Positions 17,659-27,560 of a stretch of 64,000 bases of DNA are shown piece by piece. The number at the start of each line of letters is the position of its first letter. Positions within the stretch are counted from its first letter, which is position 1. Source of the stretch: Chloroflexota bacterium (GTDB taxonomy: Bacteria; Chloroflexota; Chloroflexia; QHBQ01). Both the position numbers and the translations under genes were made by a program. The stretch is taken from positions 1 through 64,000 of the forward strand of contig JAYUUN010000113.1 in the NCBI GenBank assembly GCA_043754535.1, read 5' to 3'. The notes beneath the pieces were generated by a model. It saw only the letters and a program-made list of their open reading frames with translations. It did not search any database and was not told where the DNA came from.

Positions 17659-18600
17659 ATGAGCAAGGTGATCGAAGCAAGTCGGGAGCAGGCGGTTGAG
17701 CAGGCGAAGGGGAGGGAGCAGGCGGCGAGCCTCAGCTTGCCAGTGATCCTCGCCCTGATCGGGGTCTACCTGATCTGGGGTTCGACCTACCTGGCGATCC
17801 GCTACGTGGTGGTCGGGGGCCTGCCGCCACTGATATCGGCGGGCCTGCGTTTCATCGTGGCGGGCGGTGGGATGTACGCTTTCCTGCGCCTGCGCGGTGC
17901 GCCAAACCCCACCCGCAAGGAGTGGGGCGGAGCGACGATCATGGGCGCATTGCTGCTAGCTGGCGGCAACGGTTTGGTCTCCATCGCCGAACTCTCGGTT
18001 GCCAGCGGCCTGGCCGCCCTGATGATCGCAACCGTGCCGCTCTGGACGACGGTGTTCGCCCACGTGTGGGGTTATAGCTCTAGCCGCTTCGAGTGGTTGG
18101 GGCTGCTGGTTGGCTTCGCCGGGGTGGTGATCCTCAACCTCGGCGGCGATATGCAAGCCAACCCCGGCGGTGCCTTGCTGCTGATCATAGCGGCAATGAG
18201 TTGGGCCTTTGGCACAGTCTGGAGTCGCCGCCTGACCCTGCCCAGCGGCATGATGTTTACGGCGGCAGAGATGCTGGCGGGCGGCGGCGTACTGCTAGCG
18301 ATGGGCCTGGCGCGGGGCGAATGGTTTACTCGCGTGCCAACCAGCGATGCGATCTTCGGCTGGCTCTATCTAGTAGTGGTTGGCTCGTTGCTCGGCTTCA
18401 CCGCCTTCAATTACTTGCTGATGCACACCCGCCCCGCCCTGGCGACCAGCTACGCCTATGTCAACCCGGTAGTAGCGGTGCTGCTCGGTGCGCTGATCGC
18501 GGGCGACAAGGTGAGTGAGTTTGTCCTCTACGCCATGCCAGTGATCCTGACCGGAGTCGCCATCGTAATTTTCGCCCGCAGCAGCAAGAAGGAGGGCTAA
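17659..18600 (+). CDS. yedA: EamA/DMT exporter, YedA-like
   Basis: IWGSTYLAI, ATVPLW, LATSYAYVNPVVAV; about 10 TM. Confidence 0.9.
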   Translation: MSKVIEASREQAVEQAKGREQAASLSLPVILALIGVYLIWGSTYLAIRYVVVGGLPPLISAGLRFIVAGGGMYAFLRLRGAPNPTRKEWGGATIMGALLLAGGNGLVSIAELSVASGLAALMIATVPLWTTVFAHVWGYSSSRFEWLGLLVGFAGVVILNLGGDMQANPGGALLLIIAAMSWAFGTVWSRRLTLPSGMMFTAAEMLAGGGVLLAMGLARGEWFTRVPTSDAIFGWLYLVVVGSLLGFTAFNYLLMHTRPALATSYAYVNPVVAVLLGALIAGDKVSEFVLYAMPVILTGVAIVIFARSSKKEG

Positions 18601-18601
18601 A

Positions 18602-19558
18602 GTGGGGGTGGAGAACAACACAATCGCACTCGCCAGCGCAGAGGTGAGCAGCATAGCCCAACCCAGGGCAACGGTGATCGACAACCGCCTGCCAATCATC
18701 CTCTCCTTCGTGGCCGTCTGCCTGATCTGGGGTTCGACCTACTTTGCGATCAAGAACGCAATCCTGGGCGGCTTCCCACCCTATCTGATGCTAGCGACCC
18801 GCTTCCTGGTGGCGGGCGGCCTGCTCTACGGCTTCCTGCGGCTGCGCGGCGTGCCAAACCCACCCTTCGCGCAGTGGAGGGCGGGGGCTGCGCTTGGTGC
18901 CTTCATGTTGGTTGGCGGCCTGGGCAGCGTCACCCTGGCCGAGCAGTGGGTGGGGTCGGGGCTGGCGGCCCTGGCTGTCTCTACCATGCCGCTCTGGACG
19001 GTGCTATTTACCCGACTGTGGGGCTACCGCTCAAATCGGCTGGAATGGAGCGGCCTCTTTGTGGGCCTGGCAGGCATCGTGATTCTCAACTTCGAGGGCG
19101 AGATTCGGGCCAACCCGCTCGGTGCCGTCCTGCTGATCATCTCGCCAATCAGTTGGGCCTTCGGCTCGGCTCTCAGCCGCCGCCTGACCTTGCCAGACGG
19201 CCCAATGGTTAGCGCAGTGGAGATGCTGGGCGGAGGCGCGTTGCTGGCGATCCTCAGCCCGATCATCGGCGAACGCCTGACGCGGGTGCCAGACGGCGAC
19301 GCGATTTGGGCGGTCGGCTACCTGATCGTCTTTGGTTCACTAATCGCCTTCCTTGCCTACAACTACCTGCTCAGCCACGTGCGGCCCGCCCTGGCGACCA
19401 GCTATGCTTACGTCAACCCGGTAGTCGCTATCGGCCTGGGGGGGTGGTTCGCTGACGAAAAGATTACCATCTTCGGCCTGCTCGCCCTGCCCGTGATCCT
19501 GACTGGGGTCGCGCTGATCATGTTCGCCCGCGAACGCAGCTCAAAGGAGGCGGTATGA
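18602..19558 (+). CDS. yedA: EamA/DMT exporter, YedA-like (tandem paralog)
   Basis: IWGSTYFAI, LATSYAYVNPVVAI; visibly similar to the preceding gene. Confidence 0.9.
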   Translation: MGVENNTIALASAEVSSIAQPRATVIDNRLPIILSFVAVCLIWGSTYFAIKNAILGGFPPYLMLATRFLVAGGLLYGFLRLRGVPNPPFAQWRAGAALGAFMLVGGLGSVTLAEQWVGSGLAALAVSTMPLWTVLFTRLWGYRSNRLEWSGLFVGLAGIVILNFEGEIRANPLGAVLLIISPISWAFGSALSRRLTLPDGPMVSAVEMLGGGALLAILSPIIGERLTRVPDGDAIWAVGYLIVFGSLIAFLAYNYLLSHVRPALATSYAYVNPVVAIGLGGWFADEKITIFGLLALPVILTGVALIMFARERSSKEAV

Positions 19559-20457
19559 GCGCAAAAGTAGAGCAGCAACCTGCCGACTGGCGGCGGTTCG
19601 AGGGGCTGGCGTTTGGCGCATTGGGCGTGCTGTGCTTCAGCGTGACTCTGCCCGCCACTCGCGCCGCCGTGCCAGACCTGGGTAGCACAACAGTGGGACT
19701 GGGCCGCGCCCTGGTAGCAGCAACGCTGGCGGCGATCCTGCTGCTGGCCCACCGCGAACAACTACCGCCGCGCAAGTATTGGCCGGGGCTGGCAGTAGTG
19801 GCGTTTGGCCTGCTGGGCTTCTCTCTCTTTTCCGCCTTCGCCTTGCAAAGCGTGCCAGCCGCGCACGGAGCAGTGGTCACCGGGCTGCTGCCAGCGGCGA
19901 CCGCAGTAATGGCGGTGTTCAGGGTGGGAGAGCGACCGCCGCGCATCTTCTGGCTGGGGGTCGTGCTAGGGGTGGTGGCGGTGCTGGTCTTTGCCCTCGC
20001 AGAGGGGGCGGGGTCGTTGCAGGCAGGTGACATCTTGATGCTGATCGCGGTTGTCCTCGGTGCGCTGGGCTATGCAGAGGGTGGGCGTATCTCGCGAGAA
20101 CTGGGTGGCTGGCGGGTAATCTGCTGGGCTTTGTTGTTTGCCGCCCCCTTCCTGGTCGTGCCAGTCGCGCTGGCAGTGGTCGGCCACAACTTCCCACCAA
20201 TCCACACAGAGGCGTGGCTGGGCTTCGCCTATGTCTCGACAGTCAGTATGTTCCTCGGCTTCTTCGCCTGGTATCGGGGCCTGGCCCTGGGTGGGGTCGC
20301 CCGCGTGGGTCAGCTACAGTTGCTCCAACCAGTGCTAACCATCCTCTGGGCGGCCTTGCTGATCGGCGAACCGCTCAAGCTGCAAACTATCCTCGCCTCC
20401 TTGCTCGTCGTCGCAAGCGTCGCCTTCGTGCAGTGGGCAGCACGGCGGAAGGGCTAG
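19555..20457 (+). CDS. EamA/DMT family transporter
   Basis: FSVTLPATR, FFAWYRGLALGG.ARVGQLQLLQP; about 10 TM. Confidence 0.9.
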   Translation: MSAKVEQQPADWRRFEGLAFGALGVLCFSVTLPATRAAVPDLGSTTVGLGRALVAATLAAILLLAHREQLPPRKYWPGLAVVAFGLLGFSLFSAFALQSVPAAHGAVVTGLLPAATAVMAVFRVGERPPRIFWLGVVLGVVAVLVFALAEGAGSLQAGDILMLIAVVLGALGYAEGGRISRELGGWRVICWALLFAAPFLVVPVALAVVGHNFPPIHTEAWLGFAYVSTVSMFLGFFAWYRGLALGGVARVGQLQLLQPVLTILWAALLIGEPLKLQTILASLLVVASVAFVQWAARRKG

Positions 20458-20544
20458 CGACGAGACTAGTGATTGCCCAAGAACCCATCGTGCCAGCCAC
20501 CAATCGTTTCCTTCGTGCTTCGTTGCCAAAGAAGAAGGTCTAAG

Positions 20545-20823
20545 ATGGAGATGCTAATTGCTTTGCTGCTGCTGCTAGCCCTTGATTACGCGGTCTGGCG
20601 GTGGGGGGTGGATAGCCGTGAGGGGCCGTACTCGCACGAATGGATGCGACGGCGCGAGTGGCGCGGCTTTGGTGGGCTGCCTACGCCTGCGGCTGCTCAG
20701 TCGGGGGAGGCGGGCGCAGGCCAGGGCCAGTGTAACCGCCCACCAATCGCTGGAACTCAGTCATCACCTGGAGCGGAGCGAACGCCGCATCTGCCTGCGC
20801 CTGAACCAGCGGCTGGCGATTGA
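20545..20823 (+). CDS. Small membrane protein (TM helix + RWGVDSR motif)
   Basis: MEMLIALLLLLALDYAVWRWGVDSREG...; AGAAGG RBS; 3' tail overlaps the convergent TPR gene. Confidence 0.5.
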   Translation: MEMLIALLLLLALDYAVWRWGVDSREGPYSHEWMRRREWRGFGGLPTPAAAQSGEAGAGQGQCNRPPIAGTQSSPGAERTPHLPAPEPAAGD

Positions 20824-21649
20824 GTGAACCCGCCTGCCGCAGACTGGCGACCGCCTGCCAGTTCTGACCGAGGGCGGCCTGCACCTGCGCCAGGTGGTAG
20901 TGGGCCTGCCAGAGGCCGGGGGCGAGGGTGATCGCCTTCTGCAAGTCGGCGGCGGCCAGCGGGTAGCTGCCCGCCAGGTAGGACAGGTAGCCGCGATTGT
21001 TGTAGGCGATGGGCGACTGGGGGTTGAAGCCAACTACCTGACTGAGGTCGGCGTAGGCCAGGTCGTAACGACCCAGCACCCGGTAGCAGAGGGCGCGGTA
21101 GAGGTAGGCATCTTCGCGCAGCGGGTACATCTTGACCGCGCCAGTGGCCTCCTGCGCCGCTCTCGCGTAGTCGTTGTTGTCGGCATAAGCGTTGGCGCGA
21201 GCGAGATAGGCATCGTAGGCAATGCTGGGCGAGGAGGGGATGAACAGCGGGGTCGCCTCGATAGCGGCAGTGTAGTCGGCCAGCGCACCCGCCCTGTCGC
21301 CCTGCATTGCCCGTGCCTGACCGCGCCCGTACAGGTAGTCGGCGTGGCCGGGCTTGTGCTGCAAGGCCTCATTGTAATACTGGGCCGCCAAGGGGTGGTC
21401 GCCGTGCTGGGCTGCCTGCTGTGCCTTCTGGGCCAGCCGCGAGGTGGTGAACAGCAGGGGGCCGAAGTTGACCAACGCGATGATCAGCACGAACGAAACG
21501 ACCGATACCAGGCTGGCAAGTGGCAGCCAGCTTTCCAGCCGATTAGGGCTGGTGCTGGCAAAGTAGTAGAACAGGTAGATAGAGGCGGTGTAAAGGATGA
21601 ACACGCCAAAAAGTCTGCGGAGATACTGGAGTTGCAAGATGCGACGCAT
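20681..21649 (-). CDS. Membrane-anchored TPR protein
   Basis: Two N-terminal TM helices followed by about 6 TPRs (AYNNRG, AYLYRA, AHYHLA). Confidence 0.85.
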   Translation of the reverse strand: MRRILQLQYLRRLFGVFILYTASIYLFYYFASTSPNRLESWLPLASLVSVVSFVLIIALVNFGPLLFTTSRLAQKAQQAAQHGDHPLAAQYYNEALQHKPGHADYLYGRGQARAMQGDRAGALADYTAAIEATPLFIPSSPSIAYDAYLARANAYADNNDYARAAQEATGAVKMYPLREDAYLYRALCYRVLGRYDLAYADLSQVVGFNPQSPIAYNNRGYLSYLAGSYPLAAADLQKAITLAPGLWQAHYHLAQVQAALGQNWQAVASLRQAGSLNRQPLVQAQADAAFAPLQVMTEFQRLVGGYTGPGLRPPPPTEQPQA

Positions 21650-21697
21650 TGGGTTTAGCCTTTGTAGTGAACCAAATTAGTAAGTTGGATGTGTTGT

Positions 21698-22594
21698 TTA
21701 GCCCTCAATAACCGTGCCGCGCACTGGTTCGCCAAGCAAGGCGCGTTGCAACAGACCGGGCGTGTTGCCGTTGAGCAGCAGCACTTGCAACCCCGCCACC
21801 TGCTGGCAGAGAGCGTACATCTCGGCGATCTTGGTCAGCATCCCGCCGGTTACGTCCACCCCGTAGCTGCCACCCAGTTGCCCGCGCACCACATCAATAT
21901 TGCCACCGTTGATCCGCTCAATCAGGGCGGCCCCCTCGTCCTTGAGCGGGTCGGCGGTGAACACGCCGTCCACTTCGCCGACCAGGATCACTCGCTGCGG
22001 GCGCAGGGCTGCTTCTGCCTGCGCAAGGTAGAAGAACAGTTGCTCCGTGCTAATCACCGTGTAGTCGCGCACGGTGTCCAATATTGCGTCGCCGTAGACC
22101 AGGGGCAGGCAGCCGAGAGCCAGGCTAGTGAGCAAGGGGGTGCGGTCAAGGCTAGTTAGCTGGCCGTCTGTCGCCACCGCCGAAGCTGAAGGCTGGAAGG
22201 AGACAGCGGGCAAACCAGCGGTGACGAAAGCCTCGGCCACCAACTGGTTCAAGCGGCCTGCCGCTAGCCTTGTTTCGGCAAAGCCACGCAGACTCTCTGC
22301 CGCGCTCAAACCCGCCTTCGACCCCAGGCGCACTTGCCAGCGGGAGGCTGGGAAGTGGGCGAAGCTACCGCCGCCATGACCGATCAGCAGGCGCAGGCTG
22401 TCCTCCTGCTGCATCGCCGCCGCTACCTCGCTTGCCAGGCGCATCAGATTGGCGACGCGCAGGCTATCCTGCACCCGCTTGTCAGTGATTATGCTGCCGC
22501 CAAACTTGAGGTAGACTAGTTCCGCCGCCCGCCCAACCTCGGCTGAAGCGGGTAGGGGGTCAGGCACCAGGTGGATGCCGTGTCCGCTCGCCAC
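21698..22594 (-). CDS. ipk: Isopentenyl phosphate kinase
   Basis: LKFGGSIITDK, HGGGSFAH (IPK-specific His), PLVYGD, DVTGGM; GTG start overlaps the upstream stop (TAGTG). Confidence 0.9.
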   Translation of the reverse strand: MASGHGIHLVPDPLPASAEVGRAAELVYLKFGGSIITDKRVQDSLRVANLMRLASEVAAAMQQEDSLRLLIGHGGGSFAHFPASRWQVRLGSKAGLSAAESLRGFAETRLAAGRLNQLVAEAFVTAGLPAVSFQPSASAVATDGQLTSLDRTPLLTSLALGCLPLVYGDAILDTVRDYTVISTEQLFFYLAQAEAALRPQRVILVGEVDGVFTADPLKDEGAALIERINGGNIDVVRGQLGGSYGVDVTGGMLTKIAEMYALCQQVAGLQVLLLNGNTPGLLQRALLGEPVRGTVIEG

Positions 22595-23013
22595 TACTCG
22601 CCTACCTCGGCTACTATCTGCGCGTAAACGGTGAGCAACCCGCCGCTAAGACGCACCCGGTCGCCGCTCTTGATTTGACTAATGTCCATCTGGTCTACTA
22701 GCGGTATGTCGCTGATAGCCGCCCCCGTAGCGATGATCGGCTCGCTCTCGGCGTTGACGATGGCGAGGGGGGCCATACCGTTCTTCTTCAAGCGGTAGAT
22801 GGTGTAGCTACCGACGGTGCTGCCCTTGCCAGTGGGGAAGACCAGCACCTTACCCGCCACACTCTGACCATACAGCGAGTGGGTGGTCTCGGTAACGATG
22901 CCGCTGTCCGGGTCAACTACGCCGAGGAAACCTAGCGGTTCGCTACTAACCAGAGCTTCACCATCTGCGTCACCCGCCTTGATCACCCGCACTTCAAACG
23001 TTCTCTCCATCAT
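22594..23013 (-). CDS. Phosphomevalonate dehydratase small subunit (aconitase X swivel domain, DUF126)
   Basis: GEALVS.EPLGFLG.VDP..G, GKGSTVGSY, IPLVD; start reset to the Met at 23013/23010. Confidence 0.88.
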   Translation of the reverse strand: MMERTFEVRVIKAGDADGEALVSSEPLGFLGVVDPDSGIVTETTHSLYGQSVAGKVLVFPTGKGSTVGSYTIYRLKKNGMAPLAIVNAESEPIIATGAAISDIPLVDQMDISQIKSGDRVRLSGGLLTVYAQIVAEVGE

Positions 23014-23093
23014 CTTGTTCAGCGAACGAGGGAGGCACGAGCTTGGGCTGTACCAGCTAGCTACTGCGCCACCGTGTTCCGCTACCCCTTTCT

Positions 23094-24320
23094 CTAATCC
23101 TGCCAGATGCCGCTGACTGCCGTCTCCACGCACTTCGCGGTCGAACCGAGGTGAATCTCCATACCATTGTAGGAGGAGTGGTAGAAGGCACCCTTCGCCG
23201 TGTTGGTTGCCACGCTGCGCACGCCCGTCTGGGCCATCGGTGAGACTATGGTACAGGCTCCGCTGAGCAGGGCCACGCCGCAGCCGGTCAGCCGCTCAGC
23301 CACGCCGTTAGCCTGCGCCTGGTGGACGACATGGGGTGCGCACATGATCCAAAACTTCGTGCGCACCTGCCGCCCAGCCAACAGGTCGGCGATCTCCACC
23401 AACTCGGCGTAGGAGGAGTGGGGGCAGCCGATGTTCACCAGGTCAACCGGGGTGGTTCCAGGCACGATGCCCAGGGCGCGGTAGCCCTCGGCCAGATCGT
23501 CCACCGTCAGATACTCCGCGTGGGGAGCAATAATCTCGCGGCCCAGGGCGATAGCCTCCGGGGTCTGCCCCTCTACGTGAAAGAGGGCAATACTGCCCAC
23601 CGCCGCCATTGCCGCCCCCAGCAGCTTGTGTTCGTCGTCGCTCAACTCACGGTCGAAGCCAACAAAGAGGGGGGTGCGGTTCAGTAGCTTCTTGGCGACG
23701 ATCACCCCCAACGCACTGAGGCTGCTACCGTCTGGCACTGCAACGTTGACGTTGATTACGTAGTCTGCCCGCCGATTCTCGTCGAGGTGGTAGCCATAGC
23801 GGGCTGTCCGCCCAGTGAGAGCCGCAGCCAGAGCCGCAGGGCCGCCCTCGCGGTTGGTGCGTGCGCCCAGCCGCGAGTTGGCGAAGGAGACAGCAGAGGA
23901 CTCGGCCCAGGAGAGGTGGTCGCCCATTGCCGGGCGGTTGTTGACCTCGTAGGGGGTGCAGGTGCAGATGCCGTCGATCCCCATCTTGTAGAACGCATCG
24001 AGGATGCGGAACTGGCCCTTCGCAAAGGCCGGGGTAGTTAGCAGCGGCGACCCCTGCCAGTCGTCCATATCCACCGCCGGGGGGTTGAGGGTGGCGAACA
24101 CCCGCGCCTTCGCCCCAGTGGCGGCCAGGTCTTCGAGATAATCGAGGCCCGCCTCACCGAGGTTCTTGTAGCTCACACCGCTGATGTGTGCGCTGCTGAT
24201 CGGGATCAGGTCGGCAGCCCCGTACATAGTGCCGAGGGTGGTGATGATGCCCATTGCCTGGGCTATGCCAACCCCCTGCTCACCAGCAAGCATCGCCTGT
24301 TCTTCATCGCTCAAGTACAT
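23094..24320 (-). CDS. Phosphomevalonate dehydratase large subunit (aconitase X catalytic domain, DUF521)
   Basis: AHISGVSYKN, CTCTPY, WAESSAV.FANS.LGARTNREGGP, IGCPH and a third Cys in SGAC; adjacent to ipk. Confidence 0.88.
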   Translation of the reverse strand: MYLSDEEQAMLAGEQGVGIAQAMGIITTLGTMYGAADLIPISSAHISGVSYKNLGEAGLDYLEDLAATGAKARVFATLNPPAVDMDDWQGSPLLTTPAFAKGQFRILDAFYKMGIDGICTCTPYEVNNRPAMGDHLSWAESSAVSFANSRLGARTNREGGPAALAAALTGRTARYGYHLDENRRADYVINVNVAVPDGSSLSALGVIVAKKLLNRTPLFVGFDRELSDDEHKLLGAAMAAVGSIALFHVEGQTPEAIALGREIIAPHAEYLTVDDLAEGYRALGIVPGTTPVDLVNIGCPHSSYAELVEIADLLAGRQVRTKFWIMCAPHVVHQAQANGVAERLTGCGVALLSGACTIVSPMAQTGVRSVATNTAKGAFYHSSYNGMEIHLGSTAKCVETAVSGIWQD

Positions 24321-24341
24321 CAGGTCAACTCCTCTGTTCCT

Positions 24342-27326
24342 TCATTTTATCGCCAAAGATTGGTGCGGCAGCACGACTGCCACCGCCTGCCTGCTCTGCA
24401 CGGCCAAATCCGCCCGCTGCAAGGCAACGAACACGTCCACAACCAGGGGGTCGAACTGGGTTGCCTTGTTGCGCTCCAACTCGCCCAAGGCCCACTCTGC
24501 GGGGCGCGCCTTCTGGTAGTCGCGGTCGGTCGTCATCGCGTCGTAGCTGTCGGCAACCGCAACAATGCGACTAATTAGTGGTATCTCCTCACGCATCAGG
24601 CCATCAGGGTAGCCGAGACCGTCGAAGCGTTCGTGATGGGCCTTGACCAGCGGGGCGAGGGGCTTGAGCATCTCGATCTTAGAGAGGATGTTTGCGCCAC
24701 GCTGGGTGTGGCTGGCGAGTATCCAGAAGCCCTCCACCCCCAGCTTACCGCTCAGGTGCAACAACTCGTCCTTGATGCCCAGCTTGCCAATGTCGTGCAG
24801 CAGGGCGGCGCGCTCCAGCTTGTCCAACTCGTCAGCAGTGATCAGGCCACGCTCGACAAACACGGTGCCGATCTTCTTGGCATAGCGAGCAACCCGATCC
24901 GAGTGGCCCTTCGTGTAGGGGTCTTTGTTCTCCATGATCTCCACCAGCATCCTGATCGTCTGGAAGTAGGTGTCGCGCAGGCTCTGGTAGGAGCGGATGT
25001 TCTCGATGCCAGAGGCGATCACGTTCGCCATGCTGCGCAGCATAGTCCGCACCTCCTGGTCTATATTGCCAATCGGATCAACCCGTGGCTCGCTCAGGTG
25101 GCCGGGGAGCAGGTTGTAGAGGGCCGAACTGGGCAGGCTAGGCCAGAGGATAAGACTATCACTGCTGGCTGGCGGCTGCACCAAACCGGCACGGTTGCGG
25201 CTGAAGACCACCAAAACGCCGATCATCTGCTTGCGGGCCAGCAGGGGGGCAGGCAGCAGTTGGTGGATGCCGTCGCTGTGCGAGAGGGCTTCTTCCAACC
25301 CGCCGAAGTCTACGCAGGTGTTGGGGTTGAGCGGCTCGCCCTCCTGGCACGCCCGATAGGGTTCACCCTCGGCGACGTAGCGGCGGATCAAATCCTGACC
25401 CTGCCTGCTGAAGCCATTGGTGAGGGCGATCACCTCGTGGCGATCCTGATTAAAGAGGATTACCGCCGCCTCGATCTCCAACTCGTGCTTGAGCAGACCA
25501 ATACAAGCGCGCAGCCAGCTGTAGTCATGTTCCTCGCGGCTATTGCCTACCCCGGCGGTGACAGTCAGATTGCTGACCTGAAACAGCATATCCTGCTCAC
25601 GCAACTGCTGCTCAAGCACCTGCTTCTTGCTCTCTACCTCGCCAAACAACTGCGCGCTCTCCAACGCCAGCGAAGCCTGCGCCGCGAAGATGTCCAGCAA
25701 CTCAAACTCGTCGTGTTCAAACTCCCAGTCACCCGCCCGCCCCAGGCGGATCACGCCGCTGACTTGCTGCTCTTTGGTGACGAAGGGGATGACCAGCAGC
25801 GACCAGGGTTCGCCCACCAGCACCCCATTAGCAACAGTGGCGCGTTCGTCGCGCTCGGCATGGTTGACCAGTTCGCTATGGCCGCTACGGGCCACCAGCC
25901 CCACGATACCCTCGTCTACGCTGAACCGCTCGTTACTGAGCAGGTCAATATCTACGCCCTCGGCCAGCACTGCTTCCAGCATGGTACCATTCTCCACCAG
26001 ATTGTAGACTACACAGTTGGTGAAAGGGACGAGTGCCATCAGGTTTTCGACAATAGAGCGCAGAGTCGCCATGTAGTCGCGCTGACCGAGGATCGCCCTG
26101 TTGATGTTCAGCACCGCCGTCAGCCCCTGGCTACTCCGCTCCAGGCGGCCCTGCTGCTCCTTTGTCTCGCTAAGGAGCTTGGCATTCTCGATGGCGACCG
26201 CTACCTGGCTGGCAAAGCTGCTGAGCAGGCTAACATCCTCCTCGCTGAAGATACGGGGGGTGAGGCTGACCAGGCCGATCACCCCGATCACTACGCCCTT
26301 GAGGTTGAGCGGCACGTGCAACATCCCGTACCCGCCGCTCTCCAGCATATCGGGGCTGCTCACGAAAGCAGGATGATCGCCTGCTCTCTCGGTCGCCAAT
26401 GGCCGCTTGTGCTGCACCACCCAGCCGCTCAAACCCTGGTCGAGGCGGAGAACCAGGCTATCAAACTCGTCACCTAGCTTGCGCTGCAAGTCGGGGTCAG
26501 GGGCGTAGAGGGCACGCATCCGCAGTAGCCCCGCCTCGTGGTCGCACGTATGCAGGGCGCAGAAGTCCACCGCCAGCAGGCTGGTAGCCGAGCGCACAAC
26601 CTCAGCAAAGAGATTGTCGAGGCTGAAGTTACCGCTGATCGCGCGCGCCATGTTGCTGATCGAAGCTAGTTGGGCGTGCAGCTTGCGCTCCTGGGCGACC
26701 TGGTGGATCAACCGCTGCTGGGTACGCGTCTGGGCCAGGGTGATCAGGGCGTAGAGACCGCCCACGCACCACAGCATCATGGTGTAGAACATATCTTGAG
26801 CGAGAGTGAAGGAGGGGCTGGTAAGCAATACGGTAGCTGCCCCCAGAATGGCGATCAGCAAGCCGAAAGGCAGCCCCCAGCCGATCCCTCCGTAGTAGAC
26901 TGCCGCCAAAATCACCAGCACATAGAGGACAAAGAGGTGGGGAGCATAGAAGTGTGAACTAACCATGATCGCAAAGCAGCCAAAGGTAAAGACGAGCAGG
27001 TTGAGACCATAGTAGAGGGCTGTTCGCTGGGGGCGGATCGTCAGGAAGGGGGCGATCCAGGCAGCGGTGGCCGGGCCGACGAGCAGCAGCAAGCTGAGAC
27101 CGTACCAGGGTCCGTTCACAGCAGGTTGATCTACATAGACAAAGAGGACGGTGACGAGCAGCAGCAGATAGCCAAGCAGCAGCAGCCAGCGCGTCTGCCC
27201 GCCCTCCCTATCTTCCTCGCCAACTGGCAGCATCAAATCACTGGGCGGACGGAACACCTCGCTGACGCGGTGGGGCATGAAGCTGCGACCCCGACCCGGT
27301 ACCCCTGTACTTTTCATCATCACCAC
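24342..27326 (-). CDS. Membrane-bound multi-GAF HD-GYP phosphodiesterase
   Basis: About 5-6 N-terminal TM helices, three GAF-like repeats, KDPYTKGHSDRV, LLHDIGK, HHERFDGLGYP, ADSYDAMT. Confidence 0.92.
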   Translation of the reverse strand: MVMMKSTGVPGRGRSFMPHRVSEVFRPPSDLMLPVGEEDREGGQTRWLLLLGYLLLLVTVLFVYVDQPAVNGPWYGLSLLLLVGPATAAWIAPFLTIRPQRTALYYGLNLLVFTFGCFAIMVSSHFYAPHLFVLYVLVILAAVYYGGIGWGLPFGLLIAILGAATVLLTSPSFTLAQDMFYTMMLWCVGGLYALITLAQTRTQQRLIHQVAQERKLHAQLASISNMARAISGNFSLDNLFAEVVRSATSLLAVDFCALHTCDHEAGLLRMRALYAPDPDLQRKLGDEFDSLVLRLDQGLSGWVVQHKRPLATERAGDHPAFVSSPDMLESGGYGMLHVPLNLKGVVIGVIGLVSLTPRIFSEEDVSLLSSFASQVAVAIENAKLLSETKEQQGRLERSSQGLTAVLNINRAILGQRDYMATLRSIVENLMALVPFTNCVVYNLVENGTMLEAVLAEGVDIDLLSNERFSVDEGIVGLVARSGHSELVNHAERDERATVANGVLVGEPWSLLVIPFVTKEQQVSGVIRLGRAGDWEFEHDEFELLDIFAAQASLALESAQLFGEVESKKQVLEQQLREQDMLFQVSNLTVTAGVGNSREEHDYSWLRACIGLLKHELEIEAAVILFNQDRHEVIALTNGFSRQGQDLIRRYVAEGEPYRACQEGEPLNPNTCVDFGGLEEALSHSDGIHQLLPAPLLARKQMIGVLVVFSRNRAGLVQPPASSDSLILWPSLPSSALYNLLPGHLSEPRVDPIGNIDQEVRTMLRSMANVIASGIENIRSYQSLRDTYFQTIRMLVEIMENKDPYTKGHSDRVARYAKKIGTVFVERGLITADELDKLERAALLHDIGKLGIKDELLHLSGKLGVEGFWILASHTQRGANILSKIEMLKPLAPLVKAHHERFDGLGYPDGLMREEIPLISRIVAVADSYDAMTTDRDYQKARPAEWALGELERNKATQFDPLVVDVFVALQRADLAVQSRQAVAVVLPHQSLAIK

Positions 27327-27469
27327 CTCTGCCAGCTAAGCTGGCGTGATCTCACGGCATTTGTTCTAGTGTATACTGCTTGCCAAACTTTTGCAAGTTT
27401 GGCCCCAAAGGGTAGGGGTAGAGTTGGGCTGATCAATCAATGCAGCCCTCTTGCCCGCCGCTAGCTGGA

Positions 27470-27499
27470 TTGACAAGGATCGGCGGCAACGTTTATACT
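27470..27499 (+). promoter_or_regulatory. sigma70 promoter for the PLP enzyme
   Basis: TTGACA-18-TATACT. Confidence 0.7.
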
Positions 27500-27560
27500 C
27501 TTAAGGTGTTAGCCCCGGCACAGCGAGGTGCAGCCCTGTTCAACGAGGACGGTGAGGAAG

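Noticed and set aside
24633..26477. 614-aa plus-strand ORF, and similar long antisense ORFs such as 714-1652, 34815-36260 and 31477-32367
   Set aside because: They lie antisense to well-supported genes, have no recognisable motifs, and are expected shadow ORFs in GC-rich DNA.
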